Assembly (NCBI GenBank): GCA_965235115.1
Contig: OZ249436.1
Span: 49,106,001 to 49,166,000, forward strand
Length of the DNA: 60,000 nt
From: Laetmonice hystrix
Lineage: Eukaryota
Direction: 5' to 3'
Made by a program: the position numbers and the translations under genes. Position 1 is the stretch's first letter, and each line of letters starts with the position of its first letter. Shown piece by piece: positions 13,541 through 25,658 of the stretch. The notes under the pieces are model-generated. The model searched no databases and was not told where the DNA came from. It was given only the letters and a program-made list of their open reading frames with translations.

Positions 13541-16332
13541 AAGACTATCTTGCCTGTCAAAAATCTTCATAAGACCAAAGTTCTGAGTAAGAACTGCATA
13601 ATTATGGTGCTTTTGCAATACTGAAATTTAGATTAGAGAAATACCAGATACATGTCAGATAATATAATAGGGAAAACTTAAGTAAAATGTGAAAAAAGTT
13701 TATCATCCAACTGCAAAAATGTCAAGAAAATGGATTTTAAAGCATCCACACATAGCAATAGATTGTCAGGTTTTAGCACATTACGATAAACTTTAGGGAT
13801 ACGAAAAATTATGTTGTCGTGGACTGTAGATATAAGCTATTAGAAAAGGATGACTATCGTATTTCTGCTACCTATGCCAGTTCTTTCTCCATGCCTTCAT
13901 ATGCCACTACCTTAAGAATGTACATGCATCCTCCCCCTCTCTCTCTAAACACATGCCAACTCTGCACCTAAGTAATATGTTTGGTTTTTCTCCCTATTGC
14001 ACCTGTCCTCTACTCGAAGCAGGTAAGAAACGTTAGACACGACAAACACCAGTGCTTTCATGACAGAAGCTGTACGCTGTAACTCGACACTGCCCTCCTA
14101 CAGCAATGCCAAAAACCTGTTCCACCAAGACATTGACTTCGACAGATAATGTGGACCATGTAGACGTCCATTAATAATTGGTGCAACAAACTCTTTTAGA
14201 TTTTAGCAGGTCAGGAAGTAGAAAAGTTATAGGCCTAACGTCGATACCTTATGCTATGCGAATGGGTGCAGTAATCTTGGGTCCGGGGTTCGATTCCTGT
14301 AGAGGACTATACAACTTTTCTCTTTAGGGACATTGTCAAAGTAATTGGGTTACCCCTGATGCCCGTGCATTTCAAAAGAAAAATACATACATGTATAAAC
14401 ACACTAAACGTGCAGGCGTATTACCTTTCTCAGACATAGCTGTGAAAACCGTTTTAAAGTAGATCATCCAGTCGATGCAGAGAGAGGTTTTAAAATACTT
14501 CCCGCAGCATGTTTTAATATTCTGATTTTAATCGTATATTTTAAAAAGAAGGTTTCAAATTCACGCTCACCTGATGCGTTTCCGGCTTCATGCATTAGCC
14601 ACAATTCCCCACTAAGATGGCTTTGCTCCCATGGCTCAACGCGTTCCTAACTCTTAATGTGTGAAGAACTAACTGAATTAACCCGCCCGATCGCCGGATC
14701 CTCCCCCTGATGCCTACCTATTGTTCATGGACCATGATACGACTCCATGGAGAGAGGTTTTTTTATGGACACCCCTCGCTATGATTGCTGTGCAGCAGGA
14801 CTTGGAACCCCCCCCCCCCCGGCCCCGCGGTGGGCGTCGCCTACAGTTTCCACTTCATTACACAGCAACATCAGCTTATCGGAATGTCAGTCTCCGCAGA
14901 GAACCAGATCTGTGGTTTGAAATGAAATTTAATGTCCACATAATACCGCTCAATGTTCAGGGAAAGGTGTGACAACGGCACTTGACGACATGTGTTTGGG
15001 TGACCTTACCGTCATTCGGATCGATGCTCGTGGTTCGAGATTAGTAATAAAAAAATAATAAATTAAAAGTGGCAGATGTCTATAGCAGCTATAGGTAGAA
15101 ATTATTTCTTAGTTATGTTTCTGTAAGAGTGTGTGTCTGGGTTTGGGCTGGGGCGGGTGTTGAGGGAGGGGGGGGGGGTGATGTGGGCCGATAGAGTCGT
15201 GGTTCATGGAGTGAACACAAGGGGGAGTGTCTCCGTGATTGCCCGGATGTTGGTACAAATGTCAAGATGTATAAATAGGGTCATAAACTGAGGTCTTACA
15301 ATAGACAAATAATGACCTATGATCCGAGAAAATCTCTCCATGAGGGGGGGGGGGGGTTCCAATTCCCAAATACTGACAATATAATGACCTTCAAATCACC
15401 GAAGCAACGTTTCTCTTGCCACGACAGAACAGTCGATTTATGTTTGTTCCAACCTAAGTCATATTCACTCGGCATTATCCAAAGACCTTTTTGACACGGA
15501 TAAAAGGCCACGGCGAGCATGTCGTGTCAGATTGCTGCCTTTTTGTCGCAGCCTGCCTTTGTTGCGGTTGACGTGAGCGTGTCTAACGTCATTGGCTGTT
15601 CACCCGTACAGGTTGGATGTCTGCAAGCCCTGGGTTTGTTGACTGCGGTGGTGCGGAAGGTAGGCTTCCTTGGTGAAGGTCATAACGGTATTGGCGGAGG
15701 CATAGAGTGGTCGGTGGATGCAATAGAGATTAGTGGAGGCATTGATCTACGGAGGTATTGGAAGGGTGGTGGATGCAAGAAGATATAGTTTGGGTATCGG
15801 GCAATTGGTGGAGGCTTTGGCAGGTTTGGTGGAGGCATTTGCATTTGGTGAGACATGGAGGCATTGGTAGGATTGGTGGAGGTTAATTTGGGAGGTGCGG
15901 GAGGATGGGTAGTACCTGTAAGTATGGTCGGGGATGGGTGGGGGGGGGGGGTCAGGTTACAGGTGTTAATACCATGCAGGTGGTAATACCATCTAGGTGG
16001 TCGACGAGTTCGTCTGCAGTGGTACAAAAAGCGGCAGTTATAGGCCTACAGTGATGTGTTAAGTATCTGGCCAAAACACCTAAACCTGGATGAGCCTGCA
16101 CGTTTGTGATTCTAAGGTTGAAGTGGCGGTCAATGGGTTAACAATATGTACATGACTCTAACAAGTTTATACTAACTTTAAATAGCATATACAAAGTTAA
16201 TTGGCCCTGGTATGTTATCGGATATTGTGGTTCCTATATAGTAGGTCAATCAACTGGGGTTATACAGGTGTTATTGGCCCGATCCCCTGGCCAAGATATA
16301 CATGGGTATAAAATGGGTCTACAATAAATAAT

Positions 16333-16601
16333 CTTCTTCTTCTTCTTCTTCTTCTTCTTCTTCTCCTCCTCCTCCTCCTCGTCCTCCTCCTCCTCTTCTT
16401 CTTCTTCTTCTTCTTCTTCTTCTTCTTCTTCTTCTTCTTCTTCTTCTTCTTCTCTTCTTCTTCTTCTTCTTCTCTTCTTCTTCTTCTTCTTCTTCTTCTT
16501 CTCTTCTTCTTCTTCTTCTTCTTCTTCTTCTTCTTCTTCTTCCTCTCCTCTTCCTCTTCTTCTTCTTCTTCTTCTTCTTCTTCTTCTTCTTCTTCTTCTT
16601 C
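16333..16601 (+). repeat. (TTC)n/(TCC)n microsatellite
   Basis: ~270 bp almost pure pyrimidine trinucleotide tract. Confidence 0.98.
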
Positions 16602-16916
16602 AGCCTGATCGAACTGCTTCCTTGGTTTTATTATAGTAGAGTAAATTGGTCTGCATTCAAAGCGCTCATGTTTTTAAAACGGCAAGGTACTGAGGACATT
16701 GAAAGGTTTATTTCCAGTTCAAGTACCAATGTTTTTCATACCAAGTATATTTTTGTTTTTCATTCGGCAGCACAAACTACAAATCTTGCCCGCCCCCTTC
16801 TATAACCCACCAATGAATTTCGCTTACCATCGCTCGAGGCCGATTCTGTCCACTCTCAGTCGGTTTCCTGGATGAGTTTATCGGTAGCGAACAGAAGCGG
16901 GGCGATGATTGCTTGA

Positions 16917-17380
16917 GTGGGTCTCATTACGACCGTGTGTCTCATACCTGTCTTATTACCACTGTGTGTGTCTCATAGTATCTGTGTCTCATTAAGACAG
17001 TCTGTCTCATAGTATCTGCAGTGGGTCTCATTACGACCGTCTGTGTCTCATAGTACCTGTCTCATTACGACCGTGTGTCTCATAGTATGTGTCTCATTAC
17101 GACCGTCCGTGTCTTATAGTATCTGTGTCTCATTACGATCGTCTGTGTCTCATATATAGTATCTGTGTCTCATTCCGACCGTGTGTGTCTCATAGTATCT
17201 GTGTCTCATTACGACCGTCTGTGTCTCATAGTATCTGCAGTGGGTCTCATTACGACCGTGTGTCTCATAGTATCTGTGTCTCATTACGACCTTGTGTCTC
17301 ATAGTATCTGTGTCTCATTACGACCTTGTGTCTCATAGTATCTGTGTCTCATTACGACCTTGTGTCTGATAGTATCTGTG
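16917..17380 (+). repeat. ~35-bp minisatellite abutting a RasGRF splice acceptor
   Basis: Unit GTGTCTCATTACGACCGTGTGTCTCATAGTATCT with variants. Confidence 0.92.
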
Positions 17381-17391
17381 TTTGTTTGCAG

Positions 17392-17498
17392 TATTGTTTC
17401 ACCATCTACTACCGCAAGGATGGACAGCGACAGTATGACCTGCGAGCAGACACCGAGGCCGAGTGTGCCTCGTGGATTGAAGTGATCCGTCAAGCCAG
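17392..17498 (+). CDS. RASGRF: RasGRF-family GEF internal exon (C-terminal part of the N-terminal PH domain)
   Basis: tttgcag|TAT...GCCAG|gtaatt; 107 nt; encodes YCFTIYYRKDGQRQYDLRADTEAECASWIEVIRQA(S), a PH C-terminal helix with the conserved W; phase 2 end matches the exon at 34038. Confidence 0.9.
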
Positions 17499-18033
17499 GT
17501 AATTAAGTACCTCCTTATATCCACTTCGTCTCTTAGCTCGGATGAAACTGCGTCAGGTGGGGATCGACGTCACGAGCTTTGTGTCAGCATGAAGGTCATG
17601 GGCTTTGTGACCTCTGTGACATTTGTGGGGTGGGGGTGTGGGGGGGGGGGGTACGTATTGTTGGTCTTATGTAGTGTTTACTTGAAATACTTGAAATCGT
17701 GGTAACATCTTTAGGCTATTCAAGGTCGATCATCTGTTCATTAGGATTCAATGTTAAATGGAATGACTTCATGTTAGGATAGTTTTATTATGGTGGGCGC
17801 TTTTCATCACCGTTTTATCATTGATTTTCAAAATACTAGAACTTTGCGGTGACATTAATATATCAGCCAAAAACAATTCAGAACTACATTTAGGAATAAT
17901 GATACGGTTGTGTTGAATAATAAAGTGCAGTCTTATATTTATACTTACCTCACCTCTTTAAGACGGTGTACAGCGATAGATATACTCGGGTAGTCGTAGA
18001 TAATAATTATAAATCGGTCTGAAGACGGTACAA

Positions 18034-19735
18034 CTTTTTTTTTTTTTTTTTTTTTAAATCTTTTATTTAACCTGGGAAAACTTCCCTTGGGAGGGTTCTT
18101 CCAGTTCCCCAGGGGGCATTGGGTACACGGTCACTTTAACACACTACTGTAAGGGCATAACACAAGTGGCAATATTACATAATGCATAGACGTACACAGA
18201 TAAGACTTTGTTAAACCCTTGCAAGACAGGGTGTAAAGTATAGGTATTGAGTTCCAGTAACCATATGAATTTAAGTAAAAGATTCAGAAAATTGCTGAAA
18301 ACGTAAGTATCAGAACAAGTTTCAACAACCACAGGACACAAGTAGAGAACTTTTCTTCCAGTCTAGAGAACTGAGAGCTAGAGTGTTGATAGTGCAGAGT
18401 ATGGACACCGATGCGCAGGGGATGTCCAAACGGACCAGACCTGGCACGGATATCATAAAAAGCACAAGTGACTGTGGGAGGCAAACAAATATCCAAGGTA
18501 CACACGTAAATATTCACACTATCTATACATACAGTGATTCTAGTTTAAACTCTTACATGACATGTGTCAAGTACAGGTATTGCGTTTCAGTATTATAACC
18601 ATGCAAACTTTCATAGAGACACAACGTAGTGTATCAGACACAACGTAATGTATCAGAACCAAATTTCAACAGCCACGGGAAACGTATGTAGAGAACCGAG
18701 TGGAATGTTGACAGTGCAGAGTATGGACACCGATGCACAGGGGATGTCCAAACGGACCAGACCTGGCACGGATATCATAAAAAGCACAAGTGACTGTGGG
18801 AGGCAAACAAATATCCAAGGTACACACGTAAATATTCACACAATCTATACATATATAATATACAGTATGTAGAGAACCGAGTGGAATGTTGACAGTGCAG
18901 GGTATGGGCACCGATGCGCAGGGGATGTCCAAACGGACCAGACCTGGCAAGTGACCTTTTGAGGCTAACAAATATAAAAAGATACACACATAAAAATACA
19001 CATATACATGTATATACATTATATTCGTATATTTGGCCTAGGAATACGGTTTAGTCATCTCCTTAGGTAATAGGGATATTTGATTTCAACCATCTTTTTT
19101 GGGCTTCTTTAAATCTAGAGAGTGTTGGGCTATTTCTAAGGGTTGGATCCAGGAAGTTCCACTCCTTCGCACATGTGTTGTGGAGGGAGTTGGCAATCAT
19201 GTTATTTCTAGCTAGCCAGTAGTTAAGTTGGGTTGCTGTTCCGCCTCTGGTTACTCTAGCTTTTGTCACAGTATATTTATCATTTCGTGCTCTCTTATAG
19301 GCTAGGCATCGTATATGCATAGTTCTTCTGTGTTTTAAGAACGGTAATCCGGCAAGTTGGTGGATATTTAAGACAGGTGTTCTAGGTTCAACTTTAAGGC
19401 ATACTCTGAGGGCACGGTTTTGTAACTTTTGTAGTCGATCAGCATTATTAACCGAGGCACTATGATATAGTACATCACCATAATCGAAATATGGTAGTAT
19501 TTTGGAACGATATATAGTTATGGCTGCATGTTCAGTTAATAGATTCCTTATTTTGCTTAACAAAAAGATCTTGTGTGAGGCTAATTTGTAGACTTGATTA
19601 AGGTGGGTTTGGAAGTTTAGTTTAGTATCAAGATACACTCCAAGATATTTGTACTGCTTCACGTATTCAAGTGGGATATTGTTTAGGGTAATTTGAGGGG
19701 GAGTAAAGTCTCGGTCCTTCTTTTTTGCAGGGAAC
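18034..19735 (-). mobile_element. 5'-truncated L2/CR1-group LINE (end of ORF2, ~1-kb 3' UTR, poly(A))
   Basis: Minus-strand frame ITLNNIPLEYVKQYKYLGVYLDTKLNF...YFDYGDVLY...LQKLQNRALRVC...WNFL is typical of the L2/CR1-group RT C-terminus; AATAAA and a poly(A) tail (T run at 18034-18055 on +). Confidence 0.88.
19063..19735 (-). pseudogene. Truncated LINE ORF2 C-terminal fragment
   Basis: Open frame 19063-19662 extends upstream to the truncation point; the RT catalytic core and endonuclease are absent. Confidence 0.8.
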
Positions 19736-20483
19736 TTACTATTCTAGGTTCTGGCATACTTCTCACCTAAACTCTAGATTGCCGAAGGCTCTCTTTAATA
19801 TTTGTGACCAACCCATATTTTGAAGTTATGTCAAGGAACATAAAAACATGTCTTCTATGTGCCCTATCCTTGAATGCCACACTTGCGAGAATCATACGAA
19901 GTAAATATAAATCATTTTGTGTGCCCACTCTGAGATACGAAGTAAATATAAATCATTTTGTGTGCCCACTCTGAGATGCAGGTTTTGTTTGAAAATAATT
20001 AACAGCTATAATAGCCTATTGGTTCGAGTAAATGCTTGTAACAATGCTGTCTGGGAACCACGACCCATAGGCGGATATAGGCGAGACTAAAGCAGTTCTC
20101 AATGATAAAAGTCAGCCAGAGAAAACTGCTTTCATGAGCTGTCTAATTGCTGGAAGGAAAAGGGGATGAGAATCAGTGTGGGTACAATGGTCCCGAGAAA
20201 TGAAACCAGACGGCTATACAAACAGTTAACCACCATTGCATGTACATATACGACCCATGGTTGGACCAGTGGCATGGCGAGATAAACCATCATTCGATCA
20301 GGTCCAGGCATCAATCACCAGTCATCTGACCACTGTTGTTGCTGGCACGATAAATGCCAAGTCCAGATTTGGCAAAAGCCATTTCCTTGATCTCATTAAT
20401 AAGGTCCAACCAGATTTGGCCACCACACGTGGCTATGTATAGTCGGTGTACGTTTTAACGTTCTCGATCGGAAGGGTACAGAT

Positions 20484-20903
20484 GGCCCATTCACACCGCA
20501 GCCGATACCGACACCGATACCGAGGGCGACACCGATGTTTTTTTAAACATATTATTTCCAGTGGGAGCGTTCACACCAAGGCCGATACCGACGCCGACGT
20601 CGGTGGCCGACACCGACGTCGGCGCGGCAAATAGAACATGTTCTATTTTTCAAACGTCGGCCACCCATTTTCTTGGAAACCGGGAGGTTCCCGTGCATCT
20701 GGATCGGAGCAATCCCTCACCGACGTCGGAAGACGGCCGCCAGCCGGGCCGGTGTCGGGGACCAGTCGGGATCTACATGTCGGCATCGGTGTCGGGCATC
20801 GGTGCATCATTCACACTGCAGCCGAGGTCGGTGTGGACATCGGTGTCGCCCTCGGCATCGGTATCGGTATCGGCATCGGCATCGGCTGCGGTGTGAAAGG
20901 CCC
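20484..20903. mobile_element. Palindromic Harbinger-like MITE
   Basis: Long imperfect TIRs GGCCCATTCACACCGCAGCCGATACCGA...GAGGGCGACACCGATG / CATCGGTGTCGCCCTC...TCGGCTGCGGTGTGAAAGGCCC. Confidence 0.8.
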
Positions 20904-23900
20904 ATAACAGATGCGCTGTGAATAGATTAATGAATTTGTTAACAGATTCTTAGTCGTTTTAGTCACTTCCATAAATATCCAAGTTATGGGAGTCTTGGTA
21001 TTTCTTTACAGTGGTTTATTATTTGATGGAAGGAGTCCATACAAGAAATCATGTCGATGGATTGGGTGATATTATGACAGCGATAATGGAGAAATGCTGA
21101 TTAGGGAATAATACCGAAGGACGGGCTGTTGTCCAGTCGGCATGCGGTTAATAGGAAGCTAGGCACTGCTTCTGTTTTAAAATGGTAGTTTTTGACAGTA
21201 ATCGCCATCGTTGTGATTTGCAAGAGTGGCGTAAAAAAGGAGCACGATTTTGAATGAGGTATAGGCCTACTTTATGCATGATTGGCAACCCAAGGGGACC
21301 ATGGCGGAATATTCCCATTAATACTGTCGTGATTTTCAAAGTACAATATAAATGATGAGGATACAACTATGCAAACTTTGGTTGAATCAAATTCGGTTGA
21401 TCCAGAGCATCCAGTTCAAGGCTCGGTCTGAAACAAACCTTCTGCTCGGGATGTAGATACTTGCAGCAAAAACCTGCTCAGTTACCAACACTGCAAGCTT
21501 TCAGGTGGGGTGGAAATTGTCATTAATTGTCTTTATTAGAACTAGGCTGGGGAGGAATTCGGTTTTAATGGACTTCTCGAGAAAGCCGTCTGGCTGATCT
21601 GTAGATGTCAGTGTCGCTCGTCCTGATATCTGGCAATACTTTCCTTATTCAGGCTCAAGGTCAGATCGTTGAACCTTGGAAACGGGACTAAATGAAACTT
21701 TCCGTAGTGACAGTCTCATCATTTGAAGTGAAAGAAACCATCCCGCGCACCAGTATTTTGGAGGAATGTGGGGGAAGACCGTCCATGTCAGGTTGACTAA
21801 TCGTTCGGATGTACGGGGAAAACGTGCTGGTGTTATTTGTGTACGTCAGTTAATGTCGAGAACCGTTACTCGGGGACAGGATGGTCCCCTCTGTCAATTC
21901 ATTGATCACATCCGCTTCAAACGGTCGAACGCCAAATCCAGCTTCCGGTAGTCGTTTCATTCTGACCTCCCCCAGCAGGAGATGGTCTCTGCTTGCATGA
22001 CCAAAGTTCCCTCCCATTTTATTATCTCTGTTTGAAAACTTCACATGATTGAAATAACTATACTAAATACAATACATGAATTTAATTGGTGACGACCATA
22101 TTTGATTAAATTCCTCATATAAAAACACTCTTTTCACAGGGAAAACAACAGGGAAAATAATGCCGTCTTAAAGTTTGGGGCAAATTTCTTTTTAATAATT
22201 TCATTTTGTGCTCCTCCATATTCCATTTTAGTTGTGGATCATTTTTGTTATGATAAAGTTGATATTGTATCGTAATAACTGTATAGACATTACTAATTCC
22301 GACATCCCTATACGTGCCCCGGTCCCTGCACCGTTTCTCGAGTGTAACGGCAGATGACAGGCGTTAACAAACAGAATTACTTTCTGCGGGTGGCAAAGAT
22401 TTGTTCCTTTGTTCTTGTTCAGCGGCAGTCTTCCTTGGGACTGATCCGGTGTCGAAAACCTTCAGAAAACCGCCACAGCCGCCAAGTGAAGACTGTAAGC
22501 GGCTTAGGAGCTCACATTGCCCGCCAATGGAGAGCTGCTCGCGTTTCCGACTGGTTTGACATAAAACATCTCGTTGAAAGGTGTATTTGGACCATGGGTA
22601 GGAGCCATTCGGAAAACCTCGGCCCAACTTCCGGTCGCTTCGCTGTAGTTGTTAGCTTGGTTCCCGCCTCCCGTGTAGGTGGCGCTAGGCGCGCACGGTA
22701 GGCTAGGCACAAAGGTTGACGTCATCGCTCGTCCGGAAGTAAACAAAAGCACGTGGAGTCGATCTAGCGGTACCGATCTAGCTGTTGGAATCACGCCAGA
22801 AATGGCAAGTTTTTGTTGGAGTGGTAGGTCTTATGGCCCGTAATAATTTGATTTTACATCTCATATCACCTATGGCTATATTATATTTATAGCTCCCATC
22901 ATCTCTCCTCGTCCCCCACTACCTGGACGCTTCCGAGTCCTTGTACCACTGCTGCCTGTGCTGGTTACCTGCCTAGCTGGCATCAAGTCACTTGAGCCCG
23001 CCGCGAATGATCCCGGGGGCCGCCGGGGCTGTGCCCGGGGTGAGCGAGGGAGCGGTGGCCAGTTACTCGCCCGCTCGCTTACTCGCTCAAACTGCCGCCG
23101 ACCGCTCGCTCGCTGCCGGGGCTTGTAGCAGGCCTCGGCCGGTCCGTTCGGCCGGGACTTGTACAGGGGGCCTCGCCCTCGGCCAGTCGGTTCGGCCTGG
23201 GCTTGTTGATCGAGGCGGATCTAGGATTTTTAAACAATTGCCGAGAATTGGACTATAGGCCTATAATTGGCTGACCTACACCAACCAGCACCAGGGCGCC
23301 GCTACCGTCTGCTTTGACGGGACCCGGCCTCGCTGGGTCGGCGGGCTCAGTCAAAACGCGTCGGGCTCATACGCCGTGTATTCGTTCCGAACATTAAAAC
23401 GGTCGCTGTCATGAGACGAAATGCGACATATTGCTCATATTTGTACCATATCATGAGGTACATCCCCTTTGTGATTTACCAAATTTTCAGCCATATGTCG
23501 CGATCCAGTAAAATTTTAGAGGAATTCAAACATGAAACGAACCCATCAGACTACCCCTCAATCGACCTATTATCGCCCAATGGGGGTCACCCGATACTTC
23601 TCGTTTTCTTTACAATTCCTCCCATTAACTCTCAAACCATGACCTTAAGGTTGAATCGGTAAAGTGTATAAACATTGTAACAACGTTCTAACAGTTAATT
23701 ATAAATAATAAACTGTTAGTGCTACTTATTTTCCTTTTTTCCGCGCACACGATCGCCTTTTCTGGCCGCACAGGCTCACGTGGTTTGTTTACATCTGAGC
23801 GCAAAGGATTGTGGGTGATGACGTAAACCTTTGTGCAAGACCTACACCAGTAGGTCGCGGAACAAGGCTATGTAGTTGTGCTCGGACACCCCTCGACGCA

Positions 23901-24983
23901 TTGATATACATGGATTCCATGTATCGCCCCAGTGCGCAATGACACCAGACTGGCACAGGTAGTGAGATGCCGGCAAAAATTGAGTCCCTTATATATATAG
24001 TGGGTAGAGCCTTTATTAATGGTGTTAGTAAACTCATATAGACCAGATATCATTATAAAGTTGTTGTTACGTTAACAACTTTGACTAAACATAGATTAAT
24101 CGAATAAAATGACCCGGCAACTTCGCGACAGCTCTGTGAAGGGCCGCACGGGTGGCTCCCGGTGGGGATAGCTAGGGCGGTCCGCGGGCCCGAGTCGCCC
24201 TAGCTAGCTCATAATATGGAACCACTTTGAGTATGGATTTGCCGTATTAATTTACCTTGATTTGACTGGATTCAACACAAGGGTGTTCAACAGAGTCAAG
24301 TCGTCAAAGTGAACCGTCACAATCGGCGTAAAATGAAAGAAGTCAAAGTTTAAACCGTCACAGAAAAACGGGTGTTACGATTCAACGGTGGCGTGTAACG
24401 GTTTGACAGGCTACCTTGATTCGATCCTCTTATCACACGGATCATACATGCTAAAATAAGGAATAGTCCACGTTTTCATGGCTTAATATGTCATTGTCAA
24501 GAAAGGCTACAATCCGTGACAAATTCGGTTTTAGTTTTTTGCCAACTATTAACGAAGAAAGCCGTCTATTGACAGCACCACAGCCCAGACACTGGCCGTT
24601 GTTTACATGGGACGCTACGACAATAGTGCGCTGACCCCATCTGACCCAATATGGCGACCTCCGATTGGTATCCGAGTCTCTCTACATCGTAAAGGGCTCG
24701 GTGTTCCGAATGGGGTAGGAGCCTGGGGCAGGAATGAAAATGTAACCATTTATTTCATATGAACGCGCTCAGAGATGAATGGTTGCTGTTGTAGTATTTC
24801 CCATGGGTGCAATGCCTGCATGGTTATTGTGTAGGCCTATACTGTATACGTTTATTCCGTGATACATTGTATATACTAGGGGGACCCATTCCCAGATGTT
24901 GCCAATTGTGACCAATCGCGAACCCGAGCAGTAATTAGAGACACTATTGCTCGGGTGTAGAAACGTATCTAGGTGAGGGACCA

Positions 24984-25658
24984 CAGGGCCGCATCCAGGG
25001 GTGCAACCCCCCTTAGAATCTCCCCCAGCCCCCCCCCCCACTCGGCTCACCCACGATTGACTCCGTCATATCTCGGCTGTACGACGAAGGTTCCCATGCT
25101 GGGGGGTGGGGTGGGTGGGTGGCTAGGTCGGGACCACTGACCCGGATGTAAACAACAAACTCGCGCGCTGCCGCCGTGCCGAAAATGTAGAACTCCCTAG
25201 TGTCGGACTTTATACAAAGTCAGAATATCTGGGTTTCCTCCCAGGTGAAGAAGAGACTGTTTTGTCTCCACGATAGAAAATTCGAGGTACAGGTATGCCG
25301 AGAAATTATATTTGAACTAGGCCTATGTGCCTGTGCGTAGGGGTCGACTGTTTACTCTCTGTGTTCATGTGCGACCGCTTTACACTACTTTGCACGAAAA
25401 ACGGGAAAATGGCCGCTTCATACATCCGAGGCCTGCTTCGCCTCCGGATATGACCTAGAAACAGCCAATCAAAAGCAGCGTCGGTGTTCCGAGTGCCCCC
25501 CCCCCCCCCAAACAAAGTAATCTAAAACGGCAATTAACCAATATCCCATAAAACTAGGAATATGGACGACGGATTGTCATGACTACTGAACGACTAGTCT
25601 GAGTTTCTCAGACTAGATGACTGGAACCCCCATTGGAAAAACCCTGGATCCAGCCCTG
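24984..25658. mobile_element. hAT-like MITE with a TIR related to 7988-8236
   Basis: CAGGGCCGCATCCAGGG / CCCTGGATCCAGCCCTG; flanks GACCA/CACCA. Confidence 0.6.

Noticed and set aside
14268..14300. tRNA-like B box GGTTCGATTCC
   Set aside because: No cloverleaf or acceptor stem; at most a SINE remnant
1..17391. First coding exon of RasGRF (N-terminal half of the PH domain)
   Set aside because: No frame resembling it was recognised; it probably lies upstream of the window, though a short exon could have been missed
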